Shown: one piece after another, positions 24,313 to 37,879 of the stretch
Numbering within the stretch: the stretch's first letter is position 1
How the letters are laid out: the number at the start of each line of letters is the position of its first letter
Source of the DNA: Paraspadella gotoi
Lineage: Eukaryota > Animalia > Chaetognatha
Length of the DNA: 64,000 nt
Direction: 5' to 3'
Assembly (NCBI GenBank): GCA_051294375.1
Contig: CM119270.1
Coordinates: 15,499,845-15,563,844, forward strand
Notes under the pieces: model-generated
What the model saw: only the letters and a program-made list of their open reading frames with translations
Databases searched by the model: none
Told to the model about the DNA's origin: nothing
Position numbers and translations under genes: made by a program

Positions 24313-27101
24313 AGATCCTTCGTCAACGTCATGCGCATAATAACTCGTAAGGGATAAGACCAAAAGCCAGCGAAGAAACTATTCCCTTGACGGAAAGATG
24401 AAATCCAGGCTGCGCAGACGTTGGCTCGTCCGGCTCTCCTACCCTTAAAAGGCGACCAAAGCTGACGAAGACTATCCGTGTTGACGCTAAAGGCCCTATC
24501 TTTTGTTCCAACCCCTATTCTGAACCCGACCACCCGCTATTGGACCTGCATTCGTCGTGTTGAAGACAGGACAAAGCTTCTCGATCAACGACCGCAAGCG
24601 GCGCAAACCTTCGGGCAGGCGGCGGGCGCGGATCTCAATGCCAAGAGGGCCCGCCACAACCTAATGTTCGGAAAAGAAGTGAATGCAGGCCATTGCTTCA
24701 CTTCAAGCGTGAACAAGGCAATCGATGTTCACCCCGGACGGACCAAGGAAAGCCTGCAGGTAGTCATGGAACGCCCAATGACTAAACAAAGAAAAATTCG
24801 CAAATGATGGCGGATAGAAAAACATACCATCTGCTTAATCCAAGATCCGACTCTAGCTTACAGACAATCGGATTCAGTACGGTGACAAAAAGAATACGTG
24901 AATACGTCCTCGCGTCAGTATTTCAACAGAGTCAACCCTGCTCAACGCAGCCTCCTTTGTTCTTTCGTCCCGAACAGGTACATAAGCCCTCGGTCTACAC
25001 GCTTACGCCAATCGTATCGGCCTCGCATGATCCAATTTTTAATGGAATGACGAAGGATTGGGGCGCATCCTCACTCCACTCGTTGGTATCAACACCAACC
25101 GTCCGGAACTTGTTGATCTGACGGAAATTGCAGACACATAAAAGTGCCGATACGTCATTGCTTGGTCTCGTGTGATCTAACAAGCATGTTTTACAAACAT
25201 CCCAGTGGCAGGAATGTGGCGTAAAGAATCAAGCAGAACCCGCCTGAGAAGACCGGACATTGCACCAGCGCACGCCAATCCAATTGAATGACTCATGGCG
25301 CTGTTAGGCGGCTCGACCTGGAACTGGCGTACTTCCAGGTTCGGATGGACAGTACTGATGCCGACCTGGTGGCTTAGGGGATGGGCAAGTCGACAATCAT
25401 CTTGCTCACTGGCAGACTTCTATACTGGAGGACTTGAGGTGAAGCTTGGCCTCCTTTCGAGTCGGTTTGCAATGGGCCAGAGTCAACTCCTCTTCTGGTA
25501 TGCGGAAAGCAGATCGAACCATTCGGCGCGTGCGCAAAGACCTCATAGAGGACTTACTAAACCATCTGAACAGCACATGTGAGCATTAAGTGACATGTGA
25601 GAAGGAGGTGAAATGGGTCGATTCCAATGCTCGATGTGCTTAGAAAGCGCAAAGAGGCGGTTCATTGGAATTCTCATGTTTTAGTATACGCAAACAGCGA
25701 AGCACCACAGACCAATACATTCCCTTCGACTCTCTCATGCCCCCTTGGTCTCACAAACTAGCCACGGGTCAGATCCCTGTAGACGAAGAAGGGCTGCAAT
25801 TGATTCCGTCGACCGCCGAGCTTCAGGCCGCGAGCTTGAGCACGTCAAAGAGCCTTGGGCGATCAATGGTTACCCATTGTGGGCCTACGAGAAGGCCAGG
25901 TACCTGGCGGTGTCTGGGGTTGAGGGCAGTGGCCACCCAGGGGCGCCCAAGTAGCCGCTAACGCAGATTCTACTCCGCCGCCCTCAGGAGGAAGAAAGGG
26001 TTCTGTGCTGCTGAAGAGGGCCTACTCGCGCCCACCACAGCGCAACTGAAGATAAGCAGAAAGCGCACTACTGAGAACGTGGTCACTTGTCCCTCCCCTA
26101 CCACCAGGGGATACTGGTCTATTGGCTGCGGGGTGCTAGCAAGCAGGGGAGATTGCTCCACCTCAGTGACGCCCGCGTTCTCTTTACGTGAGCAAAGTTG
26201 GTGAACCGAAAAGATAAATCCGCCAACGCGGAAAACATACATGAGCGTCTAATTGGGCGGCCTGTGCAAGGGGCGGAAACAAGCCTGTGCAGCAGCATAC
26301 GTGGCGAGACAGGGCAAGAGTCCTCTGATCACTGATACCCGAATTTCAACAGCAGCTACGAAACCTCGTATATCGCTGGACGGCGAAGAGTCAGGCAACT
26401 ACCTGTAACTCTGCTGTGGCCCGAGGGAACATACGCAATACTGGCCATCTATTCAGAGAGTCAGACTGTCTCGTGCGTCATCCATGACCCAAAATGGTTC
26501 TCAAGAGTGTTGAGAGGCGATTTACATCAAAAGCCCTCGAAACCTACTTTGAACCCGTGGATGCGGAGGACGATTCGATCTCCCTCCAAGCTTATCGATA
26601 CGCATTATCAAAAGCGTGGTGGAGGCACCGTCTGCCACCACGCTCCGCACAATGACTCCCCTGTAGCACTCAAGCGGCACACAGGCGGAGACCTTTGTAC
26701 AGTGGCAATGGGAGCAAACGAGCCTCTCTCTTCAAACTGGCAGCGAACTCATTCCTTCTCTTGGAGTGAGCGCGGTCCACCAAAAGACGGCTGCAAGGAG
26801 GAAGGGGAGGATCCCACAACTCATGGTCGCCAAATGCGCAAGAAAACGTGACAACCACCTGCCATCTCGGTCAGCATGACGAGAAGAGGGCAGTCGATGG
26901 CAGGCCTGTACCAGGCCCAGAGAGACATTAGGGTAGCCCTCTGGCTCTTCCCGCAAGGAAAGCCTTCCCAGTCAATGCACATAGCTCAACCAACATGACT
27001 CTCAGCCATTTGACAGCGTCAATGACCTCGACCACATCGTCATAGACGCCTTCATTTGCTTCAACCAAAAGGGGCCAGCTCACTTTGACGCTCTTTCTTA
27101 A
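24313..27101 (+). pseudogene. PLE RT/GIY-YIG ORF, duplicate copy
   Basis: Identical to 10178-12966. Confidence 0.82.
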
Positions 27102-27515
27102 TTCTTCTTGAACTTTCACTTATATTTCATATTAAATACTTATTAGATACGGTTAATTCACTTTTTCATATTCAATTTTTCACACTCCATTATTTATTAA
27201 GTAGTTAATTGTCTAATAATAGTTATAATTTCATCTTTAGTCTAAATCAATTTATCTCTGTTGTAGCATTACAATAATGTAATTACTTTTCAACAATGTT
27301 CATGCTCTATGCTCTCCTCTCTCTCTCTCTCAATTTTTACTATTTATTTCTTTTCACAAATCTGGCTCATTCTGTCCTCACCTTGACCTGTCTCACATCT
27401 GACCCACTGTTCTTCTCTCAACTCTGTGTTGGAAACTTTGCCCTCTCTCTCTCTCTCTCCTCCTCCTTCTCTTCCTTCTGGCAAAAAACTTTATTTTGAA
27501 ATTACAAATAATCTT

Positions 27516-27561
27516 GACGGCCGATGAAGGCTGTACATTTAAAGCCCGAAACATGTCCGTC
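27516..27561 (+). ncRNA. Minimal hammerhead ribozyme, duplicate copy
   Basis: Identical to 13381-13426. Confidence 0.65.
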
Positions 27562-30500
27562 TTCATATCAAAATAACATCGTTGGTTGAACAATTTTAAA
27601 CTACTTTATAAATGTAGGTTAAAAACTTAGGATTTTAAGCAAGAAATATAAGGTCGCGTATTTCTTGGTGTAATAGTTTTCGGCTTCATGTCACCGAGTT
27701 TGTTAGAATTTTTCTGCCTGGTTTCGTCGTTTTATTTTTCAAAATATAAATCTAATTCAATAATATTTTTTGTTTATCTTTAATCTTACAATACAATATT
27801 ATTAAACTTGATAGTCATGAGAAGTTGGACAAAGAGATAGATTAGAGCAGAATAGGGATGAGAGAGAGAGAGAGAGAGAGAAGAGAAGAAAGAGGAGAGA
27901 GAGAGAGAGGGAGAGAGAGAGAGAGAGATCCCAATCTTATGTTTTCAAGAAAGGTACAAAGCCACCATGTTCACGTGCCCTCCTGATTCGAACGTTTTCA
28001 ATTATAATTCACTTATGCAATAGATTGTAGCATTTCTTATAAAATCGTGTACGCAAAGATCCACGAGGCGTGCTGACGATGAAAAATAATGTTCAACAGT
28101 CGGTCGGTCGACAACGCAGACGAACGCTCCGACCATACTCGAACGAAACCCCCCCCCCTAGCATTCCATGAGTGAAGACTTGAAAAGAGAGCCAGAAAAA
28201 GGTCGTGTGAGTCCTGTGAGTTTGTGAAAAATGGTGAAACGAGGTCACCACCGCGACGATCGTGCCAACGTCCTCAAACATTGTGATTTTGTGAGTCTTA
28301 AAAATTGTGGAATTGAAAGAATTGAATTGAATTGAGATTTGAGATTGAATTTGAATTGATTTGTTGATTTTGATTTGATTTGATTTGATTTGAATTTGAA
28401 TGAATTGAATGAATGAATGAATTTGAATTGAAGTTGAAGATGAATTATTGAAAAAATATGAAATGAATTGAATTGAATTGAAATTGAATTGAATTGAGGA
28501 ATGAGGTTGGAGAAAGAATTGTTTTTGATTATGGTAGAAGGCATTTTAATTTTTTCCTTTATATTTGAACAAAATTAAGCTATAACTTAACTATCGTTCG
28601 GATTTATTTGCGTTCGTACCGCTTTCGAGTTTCTCTCTCTCTCATGCTCATCTCATCTCTCCTCTTATCCGGATTAGTCTCTCTCTCTCTCCTCTCTCTT
28701 CTAGCTCTTCTAGTCGAATCAACAATCTTAAAACGTTTCCACTAGAGCATCATCTTCATCAAAGCTCTTGGTTTTCCTCGTTCTCTTCTGTCCTCGGACT
28801 CCATCACCCCCTTTCCGCCCCCTCTTCCCCTCTCCCCCCCACTTCCAATACCATCTGCTTTTCACAGTTTTTTTTTCTCGAGATTTTCTTATAAGAAAAA
28901 AAAAAACGTGAGAGTCTTGAGAAAAAAAAGTGATGAACAGGAAACTTGCAAATAAAACTCCGCCTCAAAAAAATAAAGAAAAAAAGAAAAGATTTTAAGG
29001 AGAAATTTTCTTTTTCTATGATTTTTTTTATACTTTTTTTTCGTTTTTTTATCGTGTGACGGTGGAGTAAACGGTCGATGACCTATGATCTTTCAATTAC
29101 AAAAAAGAATAAGAAAACGACTTTGGGCAGAAAAGAAAAAAGGAAATGTTCTTTGACAGAAAAGGGGAAAGAAAAAGAAAAAGAAGTCTTTTGGCAGAAA
29201 AGAGAGAAAAGAAAAAGTGCTTTGCACGAGAAAAGGAAAAAAAGGAAAAGAAAAACGTCTTTTGGCAAAAAGAATAAAAGAAAAAAGATAATCTTGGCAT
29301 AAAAAAAGAAAAAAGAAAAAGTCCTTGACAGAAAGGAAAGAAAAAGAAAAGAAAAGTCTTTGGCAGAAAATAAAAAAAAAAGAAAAGAAGAAAGTCTGTT
29401 GGCAAAAAAGAAAAAAAAGGAAAGTCTTTGACCAGAAAAGCAAAAAAAAGAAAAAGAAAAAAGTCTTTGGCAGAAAAGATAAAAAGAAAAAGAAAAAGTC
29501 TTTGCAGAAAAAGAGAAAAGGAAGAAAAAGGTCCTTGACAGAAAAGAAAAAAAGCAGTCTTTGGCAGAAGAAGAAAGAAAGAAAAGTTTTGGCAGGAGAA
29601 AGAAAAAAAAAAAAGGCAAAAGGTTTTTGGGCAGAAGAAAAAAAAAAAGGTCTTTGGCAGAAAAAAAAGAAAAGTTTTTGACAGAAAAGAAAAAAAGAAA
29701 AAAAGTCTTGGCAGGAAAGAAAACAAGAAGGATTTTGGAAAGAAAAAAAAAAAGAAAGTTGGCAAAAGGAACAAAAAAGTCTTTTGGGCAGAAAAAAAGA
29801 AAAAAGGGTCTTTGGCAGAAAAAAAGAAAAAGAAAAACTAGAAAAAGAAAAAGGAGAAGTGCCCTCCGTTTAGATTCCATAGAGATCGTGTCTGCGATTA
29901 GAATGCTTCATATTCAAAGTAAAACAATTTTCCGTGATATCAAAATGGCCGAACGGGTCTGAGGTTATCAATGACTAAACGTAACAGTAATACGATAGAG
30001 ATAATTGTTGGATTTTGTCCTTCGGCATCTGCTGCTCATCTTGCCCTCCGTCTCCTCTCGTCTCTGTCTCTCTCTTCTCTCCATCTCTCTCTTCTCTCGT
30101 CTCTCTCTCTCTCTCTCTCACGTCTCCTCTCTCNNNNNNNNNNNNNNNNNNNNNNNNNCTCTCTCTCTCTCTCTGTTTCCATTCACCCGGAATTTGAATT
30201 CCCTCCGACTTTTGCCAAAATTCCCTTTCATTTCTTTTTTTTCTGTTTTTCTTTGTCCCTCGTTTTTCCTTTTGTTGTCACGTGAATGGGGACAAGGTGG
30301 CGTGGGACTTTGAGTGGGTAATGGCGTGTGGGGGGTGAGGTGGTTCGTTTTGGGTGGGAAGAGGTAAGGTAGTTCCACATTACGACGATGGTGGTGGGGT
30401 GAGGTGCCCCAAAGTTTCTTCGGCCTTGGAGAGAGGAAGCCACAGAAATGAAGCGGCCTTGATGAACATAGAATTCTCGTGCGTCTGGTTGTCACCGTTG

Positions 30501-31036
30501 AGTGACAAATTAATAACATTTTTGCCAGGCTTTGCAGGACATGATATTGTTTAAAAGCCTGATATCAGATTTAAACGAGGACTCACAAAGAAACACTTTC
30601 GATTCGCCGTGAAGACGTGACGTGACGAATTGTAATCAAATCGAATGAAGGAGAAAAGTTATTGTAAAAGCGAATAATTATGGTCCTGTGGTCCCTGGTG
30701 ATTTTAACGGCTGGGTACACAAATGCATAGAGGGCCCCCGTCGAGTAAGCTTCAATCAAAGAGACCAATTTTTGATCAAGAAAAACATTCAACTTATTAG
30801 TTAAAATCATAATGATGTATATTTGGTAATAAATAAAATTGACTAGATGATCGAATTTTATTGTATTTACAAAACAAAAAACAAAATTATGAAAGACCTA
30901 AAAAGTTTTAGCCCATTGAAATTTGGGAGCGAATTTCTGTCGGACGAGAGAGAAAGCGAGCGATTTCGAGTTAAAAACCTCTTAGCAGGTTTACTGAAAG
31001 CCATTCATCGCCTCGCCAGCGATCCGATGTCACACA

Positions 31037-31080
<44 letters not shown>

Positions 31081-31085
31081 AGAGA

Positions 31086-31118
<33 letters not shown>

Positions 31119-31484
31119 GAGGAGATGAGAGAGAGATGATTTCGTGATGCTCACGCCCATTCATGCTGTCCTCGCACCGTGGTGAAAAAAGTCGGTGATT
31201 TTAGACGAGGCGATCGATGTCAAAAAACCGGTTTGACGATCACTGCATATCTGGACCTCGATTGTTACCCCTGCCTCTCTCTCTCTCTCTCTCCCATCCT
31301 CTTCGCTCCTCTCTCTCTCTCTCTCTCTCTTCTCTCTCCTCTCTCTCTCTCTCTCCTCTCTCTTGACTTCCTGCCAGTACTCGCAGCTGGTGACTTACTT
31401 ATCTTTTAATATCTTTTTTTTTTCCTTTTCTTAAATCGATCGTTATTTATGATCTTCTTAGTTGTTGTTGTCCTTCTTTGACAG

Positions 31485-31815
31485 ATGTGGTGATAGTTCG
31501 TTCTGTCGGACTCTCACCCTACGGGGTCAGGTCCCTTTTTCGGGACGTAACTTTCGTCGCGGCGCCGCCACAGTTCTCATTGTGGCGGTCACTAATTTGT
31601 CGGCTTCGATGACGTCGGCAGGATGACGACCTGATGTTAGTCATCGGGCTACGCATACGGCATAGGACGGCATCGGGCGGACACTCAGTGTGATATTCGG
31701 CATTTTTGCGGAATCGGCCGATTCAGCAAAGAAATACTCTGGAAAAGTCGATGGAATTATTGGTCCGGATTGTCCGGTAAATTTGCGGTCAGATTGTCAG
31801 TCGGGAGGATGACAG
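31485..31815 (+). CDS. Indel-noisy exon resembling the start of an ANF-receptor ligand-binding domain (receptor guanylyl cyclase / class C GPCR-like)
   Basis: Pyrimidine tract + ACAG acceptor, CAG|GTTAA donor. Across frameshifts: VGLSPYG..., GAATVLIVAVTN, ADTQCD, KVDGIIGPDCP, ..VGRMT, in the expected motif order. Confidence 0.55.
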
Positions 31816-31939
31816 GTTAAATGCGTGGAAATGCAAGGAGAAGTGAGAAAAGCAAGTTTACCTAGTAAAATAGCAAAATTACTCTCTTTGCCGCCTATAT
31901 ATACTTGTATGGTTTGAATTTCATTTATTTTTATAAATG

Positions 31940-31946
31940 GAAGAAA

Positions 31947-31993
<47 letters not shown>

Positions 31994-32090
31994 AGAAAAG
32001 AAAGAAAGAAAGAAGAAGAAAGAAAGAAAGAAAAAGAAAGAAAGAAAGAAAGAAGAAAAAAGAAGAAAGGGTAAATAAAAGAAAGAAGAA
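31940..32090. repeat. (GAAA)n microsatellite
   Basis: Directly visible. Confidence 0.95.
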
Positions 32091-35000
32091 TGTTTTAATC
32101 CGAAAACCTACGAACTAGTGAGAGAACGAGCAGGAAATTCAACGAACCAAGTTAGGCAAGCGAAGAAAGAGTCAAAAGAAAAAGGAATGACTTCCAGAGA
32201 AAAGAAACAGCAAAAACGAAAGGCTAGTACACAAAAACAAACAAAACAACGACAACGCGACGAAAATCGATTCCAAGGTGATTCCCTATACATCAAAACG
32301 ACATAAATTTTTAGTTTGTAATTGGCGCGTAAAAAATTGCAATAAACAATGAAATATCAAAAAGAAAAATCCCTTATCATATCAAATTCTTAGCATGACT
32401 TTTTTAATTTTTTCGCCGGAAGCAATTAACTGCGCCTTGACAACAAATCGACGACACCGAGAACAACAAAAAGGGTGTCATCGACATCCTCCTCGTACCT
32501 CACTCCGTCCTCCTCGTCTTCCTCGTCCTACCTCCTCCTCCCAGCGATCCATTCCAACAATCGGTGATCATCGGAACCCGATGTCCCGATTTGAATTAAT
32601 CAACGAAACTCGTGATTAACAGGTTTTTTTCGCCGAACGAAGTATCCTTTCTTTATTTCTCTCTCTCTCTCTCTGCTATCGGTAGTCTCTGTATCGTCTC
32701 CTCTCTCTGTCTTCTCAGTCTCTCTCATGTCTCTCTCTTCTCTCGACTCTCTCCTCTCATCTCCTCCTCTCATCATTCTCGTCTTTTTAAAATTTCGATA
32801 TTGTCAACCTTGCCAGTCGATTAACGACGGCAGCGAAGATCGTCTCGTCATCACGACATCACGTAATCACGTAACCAGGAGAGATCACGGTGTCACCGCC
32901 GACGGCGAACCGTGAGAACGCGACTCCCTTCCGCGTGAAGTCTCACGAAATCTCTCGCTCTCTCACCGTCACACCGGGCGAGGAGTCAAGTGATTTGTGA
33001 GGGGAAGGGTGGATCGCGTGTGACGAAGAAGGAAAGGTGACATCGAAAACAAAATATCATTAAACGACGCACAAGAAAACATTGAACGAATTTGCGCGTT
33101 CAAAACAAATTTTCTTAATCACGGGATGCGGAGGTGATTTGTGAACTTATCCTGTGACATTCTCGTGACCGCGAGGAATCACGTGACTCTCACTACGTTG
33201 ATCTGACCAAAATACAAATCACGGGATATCGGAGCTAATCATGAGACCTCGTNNNNNNNNNNNNNNNNNNNNNNNNNNNNNNNNNNNNNNNNNNNNNNNN
33301 NNNNNNNNNNNNNNNNNNNNNNNNNNNNNNNNNNNNNNNNNNNNNNNNNNNNNNNNNNNNNNNNNNNNNNNNNNNNNNNNNNNNNNNNNNNNNNNNNNNN
33401 NNNNNNNNNNNNNNNNNNNNNNNNNNNNNNNNNNNNNNNNNNNNNNNNNNNNNNNNNNNNNNNNNNNNNNNNNNNNNNNNNNNNNNNNNNNNNNNNNNNN
33501 NNNNNNNNNNNNNNNNNNNNNNNNNNNNNNNNNNNNNNNNNNNNNNNNNNNNNNNNNNNNNNNNNNNNNNNNNNNNNNNNNNNNNNNNNNNNNNNNNNNN
33601 NNNNNNNNNNNNNNNNNNNNNNNNNNNNNNNNNNNNNNNNNNNNNTTTAATTGCGACGATTAACTTCGGTTTTTCCCAGGAGAGTAAAAATCATCTTTTA
33701 AATTTTAACGTTCAACCCTATTTACCATCAAAATTTTAAAGTTTGTCATTTTAATAGTACTCTGATGGGTACTGTCAGCAGATACTTGATTACGATACTA
33801 TTTCACGACTATTTCACAATCACCAGTTTACCAGGGATAAAAAAAAACAAGTGGGCAAAAAAAAAACGAAGGAAAAAAATGAATAAACCGTAAATAAAGA
33901 AAGTCCTTTTTTTATCTCTTTAATAAATGACGACAGTTTAATATCTTCCTTCATCCCTCTTCGAATTTATCTCGGAGATTTTGAAAAAAAAAAGCGCGGG
34001 AAAAAAAAAATTACGGCGGGTGTCAATGTGGGTAATTCGAATAAATGAATGTCCATTCCCTTAATTACCTTTACCCCGCCTTCGCTCCTCGGGAGAATAA
34101 GGAGGAAAAAAAAAGAGAAAAGATGGTCATTATTGGGAGGGCAGGGGGAAGGAAAATTAGGCGAGGTAAAAAGGAGAGGAGCGGAAATCGGTTACGCGAG
34201 TGAGTCGCGAGAGTTGAACGATCGTCGATGGACGGCGGGGGAAAAAAAAACCTGTCCATCTTTGGAGGCGGAAAAAGGATGATAAGCGATTAAGGCGATT
34301 TAAGGGGAGAGAGAAGAGAGATAGATAGGAAAAAGTGATAGAGAGGAGAAAGGAGAGAAGGAAAGTCGGGAAAATCTGAGAGTGGAGATTTATGAATTAA
34401 GTAGGAAACTTTTAACTTTTAATCGTACGGAAAGTTAAAAGAAGTTGAGGGAGAAACAGGAGAGAAGGGACAAAAGAAAGGATAGGAAAAATATTGGAGA
34501 GTAAAAAAGAAAGAAATATAGGTCGAGTTATAAAGGAAAAGAAGAAAGGGTTAAAATCGAGAAATAGACAATTTACCATAATACAATTACAGTATTCAGA
34601 ACTAGCTAATAATAAAAACTGATATTTAACAAGACATTTGCATATAAAACATTCACTCAAAACCGCAAAAAGAGGAAACTCTTTGAAAGAATTTAAAAAT
34701 TAAAAGCGAAAATAACCATATCTTCTTTAAAAAAAAAATTATTCTCTGATGATAGAATTTTATTTCTCGGATAATTTCTTGCGCCAAACTTCATCAACGG
34801 CTTTTTCTTTTTTTTTTTCTTCAACTCTTTTTATTTTTAATTAAACTTTTATCGTTTTATGGGAGAAAAACAGTTGGGAGGTGTGGCAAATTGTTATAGC
34901 GAGTCGCGTTATTGTTATGGCGAAATGGGAATGATTTATTCAGTACCGTAAAAAAAAAGAGAGAGGATCGCAAGCATGGAACAAACGTTGTTTCAAAAAT

Positions 35001-37782
35001 TTTGTTGACTAAATTAATTGAGTTCGTTCGATCAGTTGAACAATTAGATGTTAATTTAATAATTATTTGCGAACTAACTCAGAGATTATACACGCAGACG
35101 TGAGAATTAGACTTTCCATTCTTATTTCGAATTTATAAACCTGAAAAGCCCCGAGAGTTAATCACGATTCCATCACCAAAGAAAAAGTTTTCTTGAACTT
35201 TCCTTCGATGAGCTTCTCTTTTTCTTTTTATTTGCATTTCGGTGTCTCCCCTTTTTTTTCTTCAAAACCTAGCAAGAACAAATTTGCATTTCTTTCCTTT
35301 TTCTTAATTTTTTTTTTGTTAATTTTTTTTTTTTTGAATATTCATGTAAGGGTTCGATAAAATCAGCCGAAGAGGGAGCGAGGGGTTTTTTGTGCGGTTT
35401 CGAGGGCCAGCTTTAACAAGATTTTTTTTTTTTTTTTGAAACGGTAATTAGCTCTTCGTCCTGCGTGGGGAATAATGACCGCAGCCTCAGGTTGCCAATT
35501 AGTTAAAAAAGAGAATAATAAATTCCCTGAAAATTATTTTAAAAATTTTTTGTTTGTCTAACGCGGAGACGGGCTGAGAGAAATAAATTTAGTCAAAAGT
35601 CCAGACCGAACGTTTTAAGGAGTCATATCCGAGCTCAAGACTGATTTTAAATGTTGTAGGACTTTCACGTGTGATGCGGAAAATGTAGATTTTCTCGCTG
35701 GCGTGTCGATCGTTTCTTGTTTTACGCGTTAAGGCAATGGTCTAGCCTGGCCTTTGATTTAAACTTTAATCTACAACCTAGGCCTTAGATATTTGATATG
35801 GCTAGAAAATTACCGATTTTTTATTTCTTTTACGTAAAATTTCCCTTCTTTCATTTTCTTGACTTTTTCGGACCATGCAGCATATATTTAAATTTTAAGA
35901 TATTCAGAATAAAAACTATACATTTAAACAGGAAGACCCTTTTTATTCAAATACAACGTACCGAGTTGTTCAGAATAATATGAACGATTTCTGTTAATCT
36001 TTTTAATATATATTTGACCTTTTGTTTTCTAAGAGTTGTTTAGGAAATGGACGCACCGTGTCATAGTAATCTGTTATATGTATCGAAAGAAACAAAAGAT
36101 TTCCAGACTGAAAAAAATCGGAGAAAAAATTCAGGAAATGCGCAATGTTAGACAGACTAATTAAACAGTTTATAATGTCACGAAGGTCTTTGCTGCCCTA
36201 TGATAAATAACTAATGTTCATATCAAACAACTGAAGAACGTTGTTTTATACTTACTATCTTACTGTTGTACATATTTCTTGGGTAAATAATTACGTTTCT
36301 AATTTTGACGTCTTTTAGTTTTTATCAAAATGAGTCTATCCATGTTTATTTTTTGGTTTAATAAACAAACAAAAAACAGCATAATACAGTGTAATATGTA
36401 TTGAGCCCTAGGATCAAAAATGCCATAAGGAAAACTTACTGACAGGATACAACGTGTCCCAGTCAATCAAGTCGTAATCAGGCAAAACAAAAAAAATTAG
36501 AAAAGAAACAATCGTAGACGTAGGCCCATATCATTTTTTATTGGCTTAACGGTCTGAAATTATGCCAGAACTGGCATAGAGTATGCAAATGAGGTTACGA
36601 ATGAAGAGGTTAGAGTATGCAAATGAGGTTGCGAATGAAGATTTTTATTTTTTATTTTTATGAATCATGTATAATGAAGAATGAAGAATGAAGAGATTGC
36701 GAACACTTCGGAATTTCCGTCTGAACTTTAAATGTTTATTTATAGTTACGTAATGTCTTCTCATGAGTATTTGTTAATCTTCTCTATGTATATGGTTCCA
36801 CTGTCTAAACTTATCCATCGTTTTTTACAAGGAAATGTTTGAAGCTATCAGGATCACCGATTCGGTGTTTTCTTTACATTTGTCTTTAAAACTAAAACAG
36901 ACGTCGTCTAATTTAGTTAAAATCTGATTACAGCAATATGCAAATTAGAAGAAAGAATACTCTGCAGGTTTTGGCTGTAACTCGTTAAAAAAGAAGAGAA
37001 CGCTTCACTAACGAAACAAAACGTTGACTAGTTACATAGCGTAGCCTACCTTGTACGTCGAAGTTTATTGTATGGCTAAGAACCCTCTGATTAAATTTCA
37101 GCATCGTTTAAAAAAAATTAAACAAACAACTAAACATTTCAAAATCATGATTCGGCGTAAATTCAAACCTTCTCAACAGTGTATCAAACGGGTCTCATAT
37201 TTATTATCATGTAAGAGTAAACCGCCAAAGCCTGTCCAAAGTCAGGGGCAAGATAGCTTATTCATTAAATGAATGGATAATTTTAAATTGGTTGTAACAA
37301 TTTCATATATATATTTTTTAAGTTCCATTCTTCGTCGAGGAAACGCGAAATCTGAAACTTTTGTTTAGAAATATCCTAAACGATACGACATCTAGGTTTT
37401 TCGTGAGACAAATGAGCAACGTTTCACTTGGCAGTAGAGTGTGATTAAAATACGCTACAAAACGAGTGAAAATTATTAAAAGTAAAGCAAAACAATATCT
37501 TTCTCCAAAACGATACTTTCCCGAATCCGCGTATTTAAACAATCCCTAGCCCAATCACGGATTCCCAGCTCAAATCACAGTTTACAACTGTTTGTCAGCC
37601 GGTCCCTATCGTTTTACCTTCCTTACACTTTACTCTTCCCTCTCCTCTTCTCATCCGCGCAACATCCAAGATACATCGGAATCGTCTTCCTCCTTTCATA
37701 GACTTTGGCCTGGCCTTTCCTCTTCTCCGTCCCTAATACATCCGAGGTTTCTCCCTCACCACTGTTCCTCCCGCGCCCGCAG

Positions 37783-37879
37783 GCACAGCACGGGACTCAT
37801 CCTCTTCCGACGGGCTGGCTCCTCGAGTGTGAAAAAGAAAGGGCGAAGCAGTGAGAAAAAGATCGAGGGACCAACAGAG
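37783..37879 (+). other. Candidate orphan exon (5'UTR exon of p190 or another gene)
   Basis: Long C/T tract + CGCAG acceptor, GAG|GTGAGA donor, GC-rich, one open frame (HSTGLILFRRAGSSSVKKKGRSSEKKIEGPTE). Confidence 0.35.

Larger units (their letters stand above)
23752..27602 (+). mobile_element. Second, identical copy of the Penelope-like element (within the 14,135-bp duplicated block)
   Basis: All ORF-track peptides recur at +14135. Confidence 0.9.
15959..28332. repeat. Copy 2 of the 12.4-kb direct duplication
   Basis: See copy 1. Confidence 0.95.
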
